The translations under genes and the position numbers were made by a program. From the NCBI RefSeq assembly GCF_001194135.2, contig NC_068982.1:7172793-7227550 (forward strand): a stretch of 54,758 bases of DNA, read 5' to 3'. Positions 40,357-53,357 of the stretch are shown here, piece after piece (the stretch's first letter is position 1; every line of letters starts with the position of its first letter). The notes under the pieces are model-generated. The model was not told the origin of the DNA. It did no database searches and saw nothing but the letters and a program-made list of their open reading frames with translations. This DNA comes from Octopus bimaculoides (lineage: Eukaryota).

Positions 40357-40989
40357 AAATATATATCTATATATATATCTATATATACATGTATGTATAT
40401 AGTGCATGATAAATTGAGCAGCTGGGTAGAATTGGGGACATCATCGAGGGAACGAAGAGGATCATTCGATTGAAATGATAAATCCCTCTGCTTACAAAAT
40501 GTTTACGATATTCACATCACAGAACGTTACAAAATATTTATTTCATTAATTGAAGCATATTCTTCAAGCGCGCCATTTTAATCGGACGAACGTTGAATTT
40601 AGAGATCCTTCTTATTATATTCTATCTTAGTTCCCTTTTCCGTTCGTCCACAAGCGGGTTTCAGAAACTACGAATCTATATTATTCTATAGATATTTTGG
40701 AAAATTCTGCTTTGTATACACATTCACTGCACGTATTTACTGAAACGAGTTCTAAAAGCCAGAATATTCCGTGCATAAATATTTACAGGAGTTGAATCTA
40801 GCAAACTTAGCTAATCTCTAAATTAATTGAATAATACGAAGTAACCATTGGCTGTTGCTATTTTTAATAAAATTGCATGTTTATCATACTGTATACAAAC
40901 ATAGATATACACATATATACGTCCATACATGCATACATATATATATATTTACACACATTGCATAATATTATGTGTGTATGTGTGTGTGT

Positions 40990-41025
<36 letters not shown>

Positions 41026-41702
41026 GTGTACGTTTGTGTGTGTGTGTGTAAATATATATCTTATAAATGTTTACTTGATGCCAGCAAATATATGGCATGG
41101 TAAAAGAAACACCATGTTAACTAGAGTTTATGTAATTTCTTCATACATTTCGATACAATATTCAATATATATGAGATATTTTCAATTCTTTAAAGTATTA
41201 ATTATTTCGTTACGTCTAATTATGTACAATCACCAAGAATAAATATTGCTTTACTCAGAAAAGGAACAGCATATTTAGATACAATTAGAATCGTATATTA
41301 TTCTTAATTGATATACAATATCTGAAGATGACCATTAAAATGTTTTCCATATTACTAGCTCTCTACAGTTATGAAGATCTTAACAAGCTCCATACTGTGC
41401 ATTCGTAATGAATAACGAAAATATCACTGACAGTATAATAAGAGAATTAAATCTTTAACTGAGTGAAAGTTATGTAGGAATACACTAGTGACCGAAACAC
41501 GTTTGTTTCTCGAGCGAACTTTTCTGTCGTGTAGTCGATTTTTATATTCTTTTCAATGCACCAAAATCTGCAAGATATGTAGTCAGTGATTATTCTGAGA
41601 GGGATAAGATAGGTAATATGAACAGCAGAAATAGAAATCAATACACACAATTGGGTAGATATATTATACTTTAGGTAGTAGGTAGCGATTTTCTTCACTA
41701 CT

Positions 41703-41900
41703 TCAGGGAGTGATGACCCTGCCTGACAGGAGTCCCGGGCTCAGTTGGTTCCGGTTGACAGTACCCGGTATGGGCTCCTACCCAGGGTTACGGAAATGAG
41801 ACAACCTTCAAAGAATTCCGGAGCAGAGCCCCGTAGGCGGTTTAGTGTTCGACTCGACACTCATTCGGCAGCTCCTGCAATCAAGCTGGTGCCAAACGTA
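41703..41900 (+). mobile_element. GC-rich repeat fragment, probably the 5' UTR of an RTE-clade LINE
   Basis: Sharp GC island ending GGCAGCTCCTGCAATCAAGCTGGTGCCAAACGTA, a motif I recall from RTE 5' regions. No ORF. Confidence 0.45.
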
Positions 41901-42458
41901 GGGTCAAAAATTCAGCTTTGAACTACTTTTAGAATAAGATCCAACACGCAGTCAAACAAAATAAATAAGAGTTTACCATTCAGTTGGACTAAATTCTGCA
42001 TTCGAGAAAAGCGAAGAAATATCAGTCAAATATGACTAGAAGAGGTCATTGTTTTATAACATCATAATGTGCACCTTGAATTGCAAATATGGACAATAAC
42101 AATTGGCCGAAACGTAACATAGGTGAACAAAAAAGAAAATGGAATGACTTATTAAGAAACTGCACTATGATTAAAAAATCATTATTAAGCGTGTATTCTG
42201 TTTTCTTTAAAATATATGTGTGGGTGTGGGTGTGTGTATAAATACATATATATATATAAACATACTTGTTGTGTTTGTATGGGAGAATATGAATGCTCAT
42301 ATCATTTCATACAAATACAAATGCGCCGCTCTCTCTCTCTCTCTCTATCACTTTTTCTCTCCCTCTATCTCTCTCTGCCTATCACTATTTCTCTCCCTCT
42401 CTCTCTCTCTCTCTCTGTCCCTATTTCTCTTCCCACCTCTCCCTACCCNNNNNNNNNN

Positions 42459-42510
<52 letters not shown>

Positions 42511-42985
42511 AAGCGCTAAAACACGGTCTGACTCTTAATTTTATTAATAAATGGGAAATTTCGAAGGCATTCATGTCATTTTCCTGTCAATAATATATCA
42601 CATTTAAAAAATCTGGAGTAATAGGTTACATTTTATATCGATTTCTGAAATGAGGACAAAGACACACATTTGTCGTGAAGACTGAAATCGATTGCATCAG
42701 CCCAGTACTTGACTATTACGCTATTTTATCGATCCTCGTGGGATGTAACTCAAATTTGACACTGACGGTATTTGGTGTCGTGAACATAGAAACACTTAAC
42801 TATATACTTCTATATTATGCTTTATAATAATCCACCTCTTCCCTCGTATTAGGTTGCATCATATATTATGAGCTATTGCGTCTTGGATATGAATTCCATT
42901 CAATTTTAATTTTTATCTGCAATTACATATTTGAAGGCATTATATTAAGAAAATCGAATATGGCGACAATATTCATATTTTTGTC

Positions 42986-43535
42986 AAGGCGACGAGCTGG
43001 CGGAATCGTTAGCAAGCCGGATGAAATGATTAGCGGTATTTCGTCTGTCTTTACGTTCTGAGTTCAAATTCCGCGGAGGTCGACTTTGCCTTTCATCCTT
43101 TCGGGGCTGATAAATTAAGTACCAGTTACACACTGGGCTCGATGTAATCGACTTAATCCCTTTGTCTGTTCTTGTTTGTCCCCTCTATGTTTAGCCCCCT
43201 GTGGGCAATAAAGAAATAAAAATATATTTGTCAAGTCGGCGAGCTGGCAGGATCGTTAGCATGCCGGACGAAATGATTAACGGTATTTTGTCTGTCTTTA
43301 CGTTCTGAGTTCAAATTCCGCCGAGGTTGACTTTGCCTTTCATGCATTCGGGTCTATAATATAAGTACCAGTTACGCACTGAGGTCAATGTAATCGACTT
43401 GGCCCTTCCTTGAAATTTATGAAATTTAATCCCTGAAATTTAATTAAGTACCAGTTGCGAACTTGGGTCGATATAATCGACGGGCCCCCTCCCCCAAAAT
43501 TTCGGTCCTTGTGCCTAGCGTAGAAAAGAATATTA
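42986..43535 (+). mobile_element. Tandem SINE family B cluster (42986-43221, 43233-~43415, partial 43441-43535)
   Basis: Three GTCGA-N-TCGAC modules with at least two different tails; the first two copies are each preceded by ATATTT(T)TGTCAAG. Confidence 0.9.
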
Positions 43536-44149
43536 ATATATTTTTCAAGGCGATAGGATGGCATAATCCCTTGCACTATAAGATAGTGTGATAAACGTGA
43601 TGGTAATTTAAAATATACTTAAATATAATCATATTTTTTAACATAAATGCGGATAATGCGGAAATTGTTATGGAGTAGCACTTCTACGTTACGAAAAATA
43701 CTACATAGGCCATTAACACGATTTCAGTGTCAGCCATGACATGTTTCTATATTATTCAACAAAGATTTAATGGATAGACCTAAAATCTGTCCACTCTAAA
43801 ACAGTAAATATCATTGAAAGCGTTGCCAGGTACATCATAAATCTAACATCCAAAAACAAGATATCCTCAGTAGTAAAAGTTTTAGGGTTTTATTGAGTGC
43901 AAGAGAGTAGTTTAAGAAGGTCGTTCTAAACGTTCCCCAGTGCTTTTCCAAATCATTGGACAATCAATTTCCATGTGTTTTGTTCACAAAGATACTTTAT
44001 GGGATATTTTACTGATTAGCAATGCTAATGCTACAACAGACTGCGTAGAAATCGGTTTAAACTTCCAAGATCATAAAATAAAATCGAACGTAAAGAATAT
44101 AAAATAAGCTTAATCTTTTGGTTAAAGAGTTCTATTCGAAACGATGAGT

Positions 44150-44665
44150 TTTCAGATAATGGACAGTGGGAAGGTGGAAACAAAGGAAGTGGGGTGATGC
44201 GGTCAATTATGTGTCTTTTTCTTGAGGCACGTAGCTGTTCATCCTCTCCCGAGAGGAGGAGATCGCCACAGAGCAAAGATTCAACAACGTCCGCAAATTT
44301 AAGATACAGTGCAATTTTGAAATAGAGCAATCTGGTGATTCTGGAACCATCTCTCTGCTGGATTCCGAAATCAAGGTCATACAAGAAGGTTCCATCTATA
44401 CAAACAAGAGCCAAAGCTACATACGTGCGGAATGAAATCCCCCGCATAACCGAAATATGCAGTAACACAATTGACAAAGCTATCATTACCAAGTGGTTAC
44501 TCAAGAACTTATCACAGAACGGCTATCAGATATCTGTAGCCAATTGACTGCATCTACAAATCACCATAGTGTGTAAACCGCATAAGAAGGCTCCTAATCT
44601 GTGTGGGGCACGCTATATTGGGAGAACCCCCGAAAAGTTTCACATTCGAATAAAAGAATAAATGC
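44150..44665 (+). mobile_element. Penelope-like element relic (RT C-terminus plus GIY-YIG endonuclease)
   Basis: Decayed LR(H)V(DD)LFIL motif (~44220); FNNVRKFKIQCNFEIEQSGDSGTISLLDSEIKV; KATYVRNEIPRITEICS...LSQNGY; CIYK...NLCGARYIGRTPEKFHIRIKE. Multiple frameshifts and internal deletions. Confidence 0.8.
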
Positions 44666-45314
44666 ACACAGACACTATAATATTTAAAAAAATAGCTAAT
44701 GACGTGCCAGATCCAGGATTTCAAGCTCCTGCTCTTTAAACATTCAAAACCAAAGACTCACATCCCTCATATTAAATATTTCTTCAAACCTGCTACTACC
44801 TACCGAGCCCTCACAGAAGTAAAAGAGAGACAGACAGGCAGAAAAAGGAAATTTTCCCAAGTATTTCAAAACTATAGAAATATTCTATTAAAAAGACATT
44901 TGATTTAATTTTTCCACGATTTGATTCTTTTTCATACCTTAGTCTAAGTTGAAAAAGTTGCGCAAAGACTGAAACCAGTTCTAAAATGTTTTTCATGATA
45001 AAATTATTTCAGCATTTTCGACCTTGTCCTATTTTCCTTATATATATATACACACATAATGTATTGGTATATTTATTTTTTTATATATTATTTTTTACTC
45101 TTTTGTAAAAAACATTTTCATTCTCCCTCTTCTTGAAAATTTGCCATACAATGAAAGCCGGTTAGAAATCCTTTTTACACATCTATATTAAAATATGCTT
45201 TCAGTTTAGCATTCTGCCTTATTATTAGTTTTCATTTTCCTATATATATATATATATATATAGACAGACATATAGATATATAGATAGATAGATAGATAGA
45301 TAGATAGATGGATG

Positions 45315-45374
<60 letters not shown>

Positions 45375-48300
45375 CACGCACACACACATTATGTACTGGC
45401 TTGCATCCTACCAATGCTAGTATCTGTTACTCTCCTCTCTTCTCCTTTTTTTTGTTTAGCTTTTATTCATCTAAACCAATACTACACTCCAACATATACA
45501 CTCCGACATAACAGGTTTTTTGTACATACAAAAGACAAGGATATTTTAAATTCCTACTTTGGGCACATGGAAAGTCCTCGATTTCATCACGTGGAAAAGT
45601 AGAAGAATGTCACTGTCTTTTTCTTGTACAAATCATTCTCAGTATCCGGGTCCCTTTTAACATACCGCATTTGTTCATATATTCCAACAACTTTCACTGA
45701 CCTGCCAATTCGTCTGCCATGTTAGCCAATGATGGTGATGGTGCTGCTCTTTTAAATTCTATTGCATAAATCACTACAACTGCAGTAATTGCAATTTGCG
45801 TCTCTTCTCGTATATTTCATTGTTTAATTACTGAAGTTGCATGCCTGTTAAAACTGATGGAAGTGCTCAAAGAGAAGAGAGTATCGTTCAAAAGATCGGC
45901 GGTACGGAGCATCCACCACTCTTACCACATTCTACCTTTACCTTCCAAAACAATGGGTGCCGTATTGTTGTTATTATTGTTACTGTTGTTGTTGTTGTTG
46001 TTAATTTCGAATAACACTTTTTAAAGTAAATTATTCGAGAAGCTTCAACAACGTTAGTGTTCCAACGGCAGCGAAAATGGTGCAGGCGGTGAAAGGATTT
46101 GCGCAGCGGGATGGGTAATGTACTTCTGCTCGCAGTTATAAAACTGGATGAGCAGCAACGTTCCTGTGAGTTGTTATATTTGGAATTGTTTACATCTGAA
46201 GAAATAATCACTGTTACTGCCTGATATGCTCCATATATATTATACAATAACGTTTTTATTTTTAAATCAAGCCTGCATGAGAGTTATTCAAAGCCTTCTA
46301 CACAGTCGATATAACTACACTCTAAATAATCATGCAATTCAAACAAATGAATTTATGTGCAATTCAATTTTTATTATTGCGTGATTATCAAATTATCGAA
46401 CAGGATAAGTATTATGATGATGCAATTATTGAATTGGTTATTGTTTATACACATCTAAATATAAATTTGGGCTAAACAGGCAATATATTCACAATCCTTG
46501 AACAAATAATAGAATGACGAAGTGCATCGTCATAATAATGCAATGCAGAACGGATCATGATATATAAATTCCCGTGATTAGGATGACTTGTTTCGTTTAT
46601 TTTATATCTTGTAAACTTTTCTTCGTTCAATCTCTCTTGTGTAAATTGGTGAGTTATTACTTTCAATGTATCAACAGTTTTATCATACAATCAAGTATTG
46701 CAATCACAATTGGAGTAGAAATCGGTTCGAACATTTTCACTGGATTAAATATTGGCATAAAATCTATAGCGTATAGGAGCTGGATGGCAACACATAGAGA
46801 ACAAAACACAATTTCCTCCAAATAAAAATTATTGATAGATAGATACATATCCTTTTACTAAATTACACAAGCAAAATGTCATAAGGTTACCTCTTTTTCA
46901 CATATATATTTCCATATATATTAAGTGACTGTATTTACAGACATGTCTATTAAATTAATTACAATTATTATTAAGGGCACTCAAAGAATTAAGGATCAAA
47001 TTAAATATTTCGAAATCTCATTATCAACGTCGACAAAATACTAAATTATAAACAAAGAAGAAAGAAATTATATTCATATAGAGACATTAAAATCACGTCC
47101 GTTTAGTAATAACTCAATGCCTCAAAGGGCATTTCACCTGTAATGCTTTAGATTCTTTGAAAGATTTGCAAATTATTCTTCAATGAGTGTACGACAAACT
47201 CAATTTATGTGCATCTATATGCATGATTTTACATACATTACGCAAAGATATTCCTTTACGGCTTTGTTTTATATATTACTTTATCAGTAGTATTGAACTT
47301 AACGTTTTGAAGTAGATGAACTGCGAAAGATGTGTATAGTTTAATAACTATATTCATTTTCGTGCTGAACGATAATATGATACAGATCCCACATTAGAGT
47401 TGTTTAAGAAGGATTACATGCCACACATTTCTTTGTAGCTTCTTTCACATTTTCAATATCTTTGAACATTTAATCGTAAATTTCGTTATTATCTCTTTAT
47501 GAATATGTATTTTCAGAATCTCAAATACATTTTAAATATTCGTCTATACAAATAAATGTTTTAATCACTGAAATATGATTGAGGTTATGTAATAAATCAA
47601 AGCTTTAATTGATGTTTCAAACTATACATGTCAAAACAAATAATATTTGATAATCGTCGCTCTAATGCATTAGGTATTCGTAATGTCTTCGATGTTGCCT
47701 TGTGCATGCATAATTTCACAAATAATATAATGTTTCCAATTTGATTTATAGTATTCGCTTCCAAATAATTTTTAAATATTTCAACTACAATACTTTGTCT
47801 TTTTCGCTCAGTATCAATTTCTTAAAACATAAAAATATTTTACTTCACAAATGAACCCAGATTTGTGTTAATCATTCGAGGGAATACAATTAGTGATGTG
47901 TTGATATGTTAGAATAGTTCTAAAAATTTGTAATCCGTTGTTAATAATTCTTCTAATAGTATAGGAGTAATATTATTAATGCTTATTTCTCTACAAATAT
48001 ATAAACAATATACCAACTGCTGCTTTTCCTCGCAATACATTTAAATTTTAAAATCGCTAATCTTTGTTGAACCCGATGGTGACCATATCCTGCATAAAGT
48101 GATAAAAGACAATTCCACGTCTTGTCTTTGGATTTCTATTGCATAAAATGTCATCGGGTGTTCTAATCCGGATTTCTGAGAGCTACGTCACGTGAATCTT
48201 GGAGAAAATATTTTACCCTGTACACATAGGTACAAACGATATAGATTCAAGAACCTTAGGTAGCTGTGTATGTTATATTCCCTCGGTTATTTTGACAACA

Positions 48301-48969
48301 TGAACAGTACTTAAATAACCTAAAGAATATGAATTTTTGATATTAGTTTTTATTAGTAATTAACCGCATTGCAAAAATACGAAAATTCAAACATTCTTGA
48401 AAGCGAGAATAAGAAAATATCACAAAATTCTAAAAGCCATCATAAGAAGCCCCAACATTTTCGAAGTCAATTTGTAATGAATACGAACAGTAATTAATTC
48501 CACGAGGCTATAAACCATTAACGTTGTCATAATGTTACAGGTAACTTGGAATCCATTAACAGCATTGAAACAAAGGTTTAAAATTTGACTCTTACAATTA
48601 CAAATAACTCCGCCTTAAATTATTACCATAGAATCATATTATATCATTTCTCATTAAATTTACTTGCCTCATTAATTACTGTTAAGCATGATGAGGTATT
48701 AAATATTTCTTACTATCGTTGGAGCCGTATGCTTGAAGAAAACAAGGTTTCGGAACTGCGTTCGATTAAAAGATGATATTGCCAATTGATTACATTCCAA
48801 CAGAGATGCAGTTCACATTTAAATAACCAAAATACGCACCATTTTCTTACAAAACCCAATGCATAAGCATGTGTATGTTAAACTTCAATAAATAACTGAG
48901 TTTTACAAAATTCGAAGTTATTCAGTTCGTATATACATTTAATTTCGAATATTCCCCTTCCATAAATAC

Positions 48970-49015
<46 letters not shown>

Positions 49016-50068
49016 GGAGGAATTACCATTATCCCCACGTGGTCAGTTGTAATATATGTACGGAATTAAAGAAGGAAAATGCACACATTTTACATAGTTT
49101 TAATATAATTTTTAATATATCTTACGTTGTGTTTATCGACCGGTTTCACTTTATAAGAATGTTGCTTCACTTTTATCATGATTTTTAGTGGGTGTTTTCT
49201 TTTTACAGTTTAAGCCAACTAACCATGTTTCCCTTTGTAACATACGATCGAATTTGTTTTTAAAGATATTATTGCTCGTTTAACTAAAGCTACCTTAGAT
49301 AAAGTGGTAAATACGTGTTAGTACTTGCTTGTACACTTTATTTTCTCCTCTCATTAAAGACTTCACTTCTTGAAATATATTAAAAGTTTACTATATCTTC
49401 CGTATGATGTTTATTTACTTACACAGTATTTAGCGTGTACTATTTTCACAAACAACAAAACCTAATAAACAGGTTGAATATAAACGATTTATATTCCTTT
49501 TAAGTTCATGGATTAGAAGGAAGCAAGACGTAAAATAATGTTTCAACTTCTCTACTTTTTTCCTTTGGTAATAACTGGCATGCGATTAGAAAACATAAGA
49601 AGACAGTTTTGCACAAATATATAAGAATGGAATAGCCAGAAACAGAACATTATCGATCATCGGTCGGCTAAATATGTACTGACATGGAACCAAACAAGAA
49701 CAGCAGATAACAATGATAACAACGCGGAAGGTATAAATGCTTGGATGTGGAAAGAGAGGGAAATGAAATTTAAAGATGAATGAGGAAATACGATGAGACA
49801 AGAAATTATAAGTAAAAAAACATTAAAACAAAATTATGTCTCTCTCTCTCAAATAAGTTTTGGAACCAAAAAAAGGATACATGAGATGATGTATTTGTTA
49901 GCATTTGTCTAAATAGATAGGACTGTGATGGATGAGACATATTTGATCATACATCTGCATGGACAAGAATGATCTGGGGACAAACGAAACATTTTATTAA
50001 TAATATTAAGTGCGGTGCTGTCATGGAGCAGGGTCAAGGGAGTGTGCGCTGATACAACTATAACAAAG

Positions 50069-50176
50069 TGATATCGTTATATATATACAACGATACACTA
50101 TCAAAATAATATCGTTTTATATATATATACAATGATACACTAGCAAAATGATATCGTTATATCTATAACGATATAC
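50069..50176 (+). repeat. ~38-42-bp minisatellite x3 with internal palindrome
   Basis: Unit TGATATCGTTATATATATACAACGATACACTATCAAAA; third unit has perfect ATATCGTTAT/ATAACGATAT arms. Confidence 0.8.
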
Positions 50177-50530
50177 TTGTAAAATATTAGTCTTAAACAT
50201 TTTTCTATATCAACATACTATAACAGCTTATCAGATTTTAAGTAAAGAGTACAATGTTAATGCAATCTAATTATTTCCATAATTGTCTATTTTCTGCAGA
50301 CACCAAATGAAACAATTTTAAGATAATATTTCTTAATTTGATATTAATTATTATTTGAGAGGTTATTTCATAAGTTATTATTAAATATTTCCCCTTTACT
50401 CTGAAATTCTTTGAGATCTTTGTTTCCTTTCATAAAATTTTTAATTGGAAAATATTTCAATTAATAAATTTTGCTTAAGCATTTGTCTCAATATCATCTC
50501 GACATTGCATACATACGTGAGCATGCAGAT

Positions 50531-50597
<67 letters not shown>

Positions 50598-50797
50598 NNN
50601 NNNNNNNNNNNNNNNNNNNNNNNNNNNNNNNNNNNNNNNNNNNNNNNNNNNNNNNNNNNNNNNNNNNNNNNNNNNNNNNNNNNNNNNNNNNNNNNNNNNN
50701 NNNNNNNNNNNNNNNNNNNNNNNNNNNNNNNNNNNNNNNNNNNNNNNNNNNNNNNNNNNNNNNNNNNNNNNNNNNNNNNNNNNNNNNNATATATATA

Positions 50798-51218
50798 TCA
50801 GGTCATCCCATAGGTTCTATCCCATTTTACCTTTTTATGAAATTTAATAGTATTTTAGAATGTATAATGGAATTAAAAATTATTTTCATGCATTTGTGTA
50901 TATCTAAACTAATTAAATATTATTTGCAGAATAATAGAATTAAAATTTTTGGGGTCAAAACCCTTTCGAACATGGAAGTATCCAAAGAGTATTTGAGGCA
51001 CACAATGCTTTATGAGTACAAAAAAGGAAACTCTGCAGCCGAAGCGAGTCGCAACATTCACTCACTTTATAGAAAAGAATGCTTAAATGAAAGAACTTGC
51101 AGAAGATGGTTTGCAAAATTCAGAAGTGGAGATTTCAGCTTTGAAGAGGAAGATCGAATAGGATGTCCAGTTGAGTATGATGATAAGCTCTTTGAGGCAT
51201 TACTTGAAGAAATGAAAT
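50798..51218 (+). mobile_element. mariner-type transposon, left TIR plus N-terminal HTH of transposase (truncated)
   Basis: TA|TCAGGTCATCCCATAGGTT terminus; from ATG 50972 MEVSKEYLRHTMLYEYKKGNSAAEASRNI...LNERTCRRWFAKFRSGDFSFEEEDRIGCP (Mos1/SETMAR-like HTH). Catalytic domain absent. Confidence 0.9.
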
Positions 51219-51524
51219 CTTTTCAATCATTTACTGTTTGGGAATTCTTCTCATAGACCTTGTTCTTTACACTCCACCCCAAGAAATCCATTGGTGTCAG
51301 GTCAGGTGGACGTGGTAACCATTCGATGATGCTAGTCTTCCAAACCAACGTTGTGGAAAGGTTTGGTTAAGGAAGTCTATTACTGTCAACGCATAATATG
51401 GAGGGGCTCCATCTTGCTGAATAATGGTTTCATTTTTTTTTTTTATAATTAAGATCTAAACTGTTAATAAATGATTGCGATAAAGATAGTTTAATAACTG
51501 CAAATCGACTTTTCGGCCACCCTG
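51211..51524 (-). mobile_element. Internally deleted Tc1/mariner-superfamily element (TIR plus catalytic-domain C-terminus), inverted
   Basis: Minus strand QQDGAPPYYALTVIDFLNQTFPQRWFGR...EWLPRPPDLTPMDF..WSVKNKVYEKNSQTVND; terminus TA|CAGGGTGGCCGAAAAGTC at 51506-51526. Confidence 0.8.
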
Positions 51525-52068
51525 TACACAAACTTGTCTCCTGAACATTAATACTGAAGCAGGCAAATAGTTATTTACTAGAGATCCGTTTATTTTGATT
51601 TCCTTACTTCGTCCTGGCTTTTCATTGGAATCATGCTTTGGCCTCCTCCCATAGTGAACACGGTCATCGATTGTACACCCGATAGTTCGGACATTTTCCT
51701 TGTCTTATTTATATCTTATACATTCAGTGCGTAAAACTGTTTGGTTTTATAGTTAGATGAATCGAACATTGAATTAATATGTAACAATCTCACTAAAATT
51801 GTAAAGTATAATATATATATGTGTGTGTGTGTATGTGTGTGTGTGTGTGTGAGTGTGTGCACGCGTGTGTATGTGTGTGCTTGCGCATGTGTGCGTATGT
51901 GTTTCTTTTTGCTCATTTGTGTTTGCTCGTGTTGTGTGTGTGTATTGGTGTTTGCATGTGTGTGCGTGTTGCGTGTGTTTGTATTTGTGTGTGTGTGTTT
52001 GTGTTTGTATGTGTGTGTCTGTGTATGTTTGCTCCCCTGTATATGTACGTGTATGTGTGTGTGTGTGC

Positions 52069-52158
<90 letters not shown>

Positions 52159-52463
52159 TTTCTGAAGGAAGCAGACAGGCGACCAGAGATAGCGAGAGAG
52201 AAAAGGCAGAAATAATCAGGTGTGAAAATAATGCATAACAATGAATGTTGTCTAAATTTGATAAAGATAACACACTAACGCTCTTGTATATTCGCCCACT
52301 TTTCTCAAGTGTCTGGTATATTTCATTACCTCAACTTGTCGGAGAAGATAATTGCTGCAAATTGAAAGAAAAGTTGTATATAGAGATACTCAAACATGCA
52401 CACACTTGTGCGTGTGTGCGTGTGTGTATAGATAGATAGCTAGACAGATAGCTAGACATATAG

Positions 52464-52496
<33 letters not shown>

Positions 52497-52529
52497 TAGA
52501 TAGAAAGATAGATAGATAGATAAATTTGT

Positions 52530-52638
<109 letters not shown>

Positions 52639-53295
52639 GTATGTATGTATGTATGTATGTATGTATGTATAAAGAAAGAAGAGAGAGAATGAGAGAGAGT
52701 GTAAATAATGTTTCTCAAAATGTTTCTCATACGAAGCATTACAAGTATTGTTATATTTTTTTTTCTTTTCGCATTATTAGAATCAAAGTGGAATTAGATA
52801 TCAGAAGTACTTCTGGAAGATAATCCTGTTTACGATACAATTAGAACAAATTAATGAATATTATTAGTTTAGCTTTAATTCATAAGATACATCTGATCGC
52901 ATTATTCTTAGTTTAGGTCAATTCTTGTCTATACTCTGTTATCCATAGACCTAAGTTACTGACTTGCGAAAATATACGTACTTAGAAGAAATTACTTTAC
53001 TAGTAAGTCCACCTCTATTTGTGATGGATGTGTGCATTATTTTAATTTCTTAACTGCACTGCGATTATATGAGGAGTAGAGAGACAGCCAACAACTGATG
53101 AAGGGTCCTTACTGTGTTTACTTGTCCTGTTTTCCATTTGTTTCTCGTTGTTAACGTATTTCATGTTGTTTACACTGTTGGTGACGCCCTGTACAAGGAG
53201 TTGCAACCTTTTTACTTGTGTGATTTTTTGCTACCCTGGTAACTATTTATGTATTTTTCCGTGTTAATTGTTAACAAGGGAAAAATACACACATA

Positions 53296-53357
<62 letters not shown>

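Noticed and set aside
40584-40649. 9-bp inverted repeat GGACGAACG/CGTTCGTCC
   Set aside because: Short arms with a 48-nt loop; compatible with chance.
23359-43100. tRNA genes
   Set aside because: A/B boxes belong to SINE heads; no cloverleaf with an acceptor stem.
44031-44504. 157-aa ORF on - with a hydrophobic N-terminus
   Set aside because: Antisense to the Penelope RT relic, whose motifs are on +.
53095-53115. CTGATGA hammerhead core (also at ~1868, ~10140, ~15564)
   Set aside because: No stem II followed by GAAA in register.
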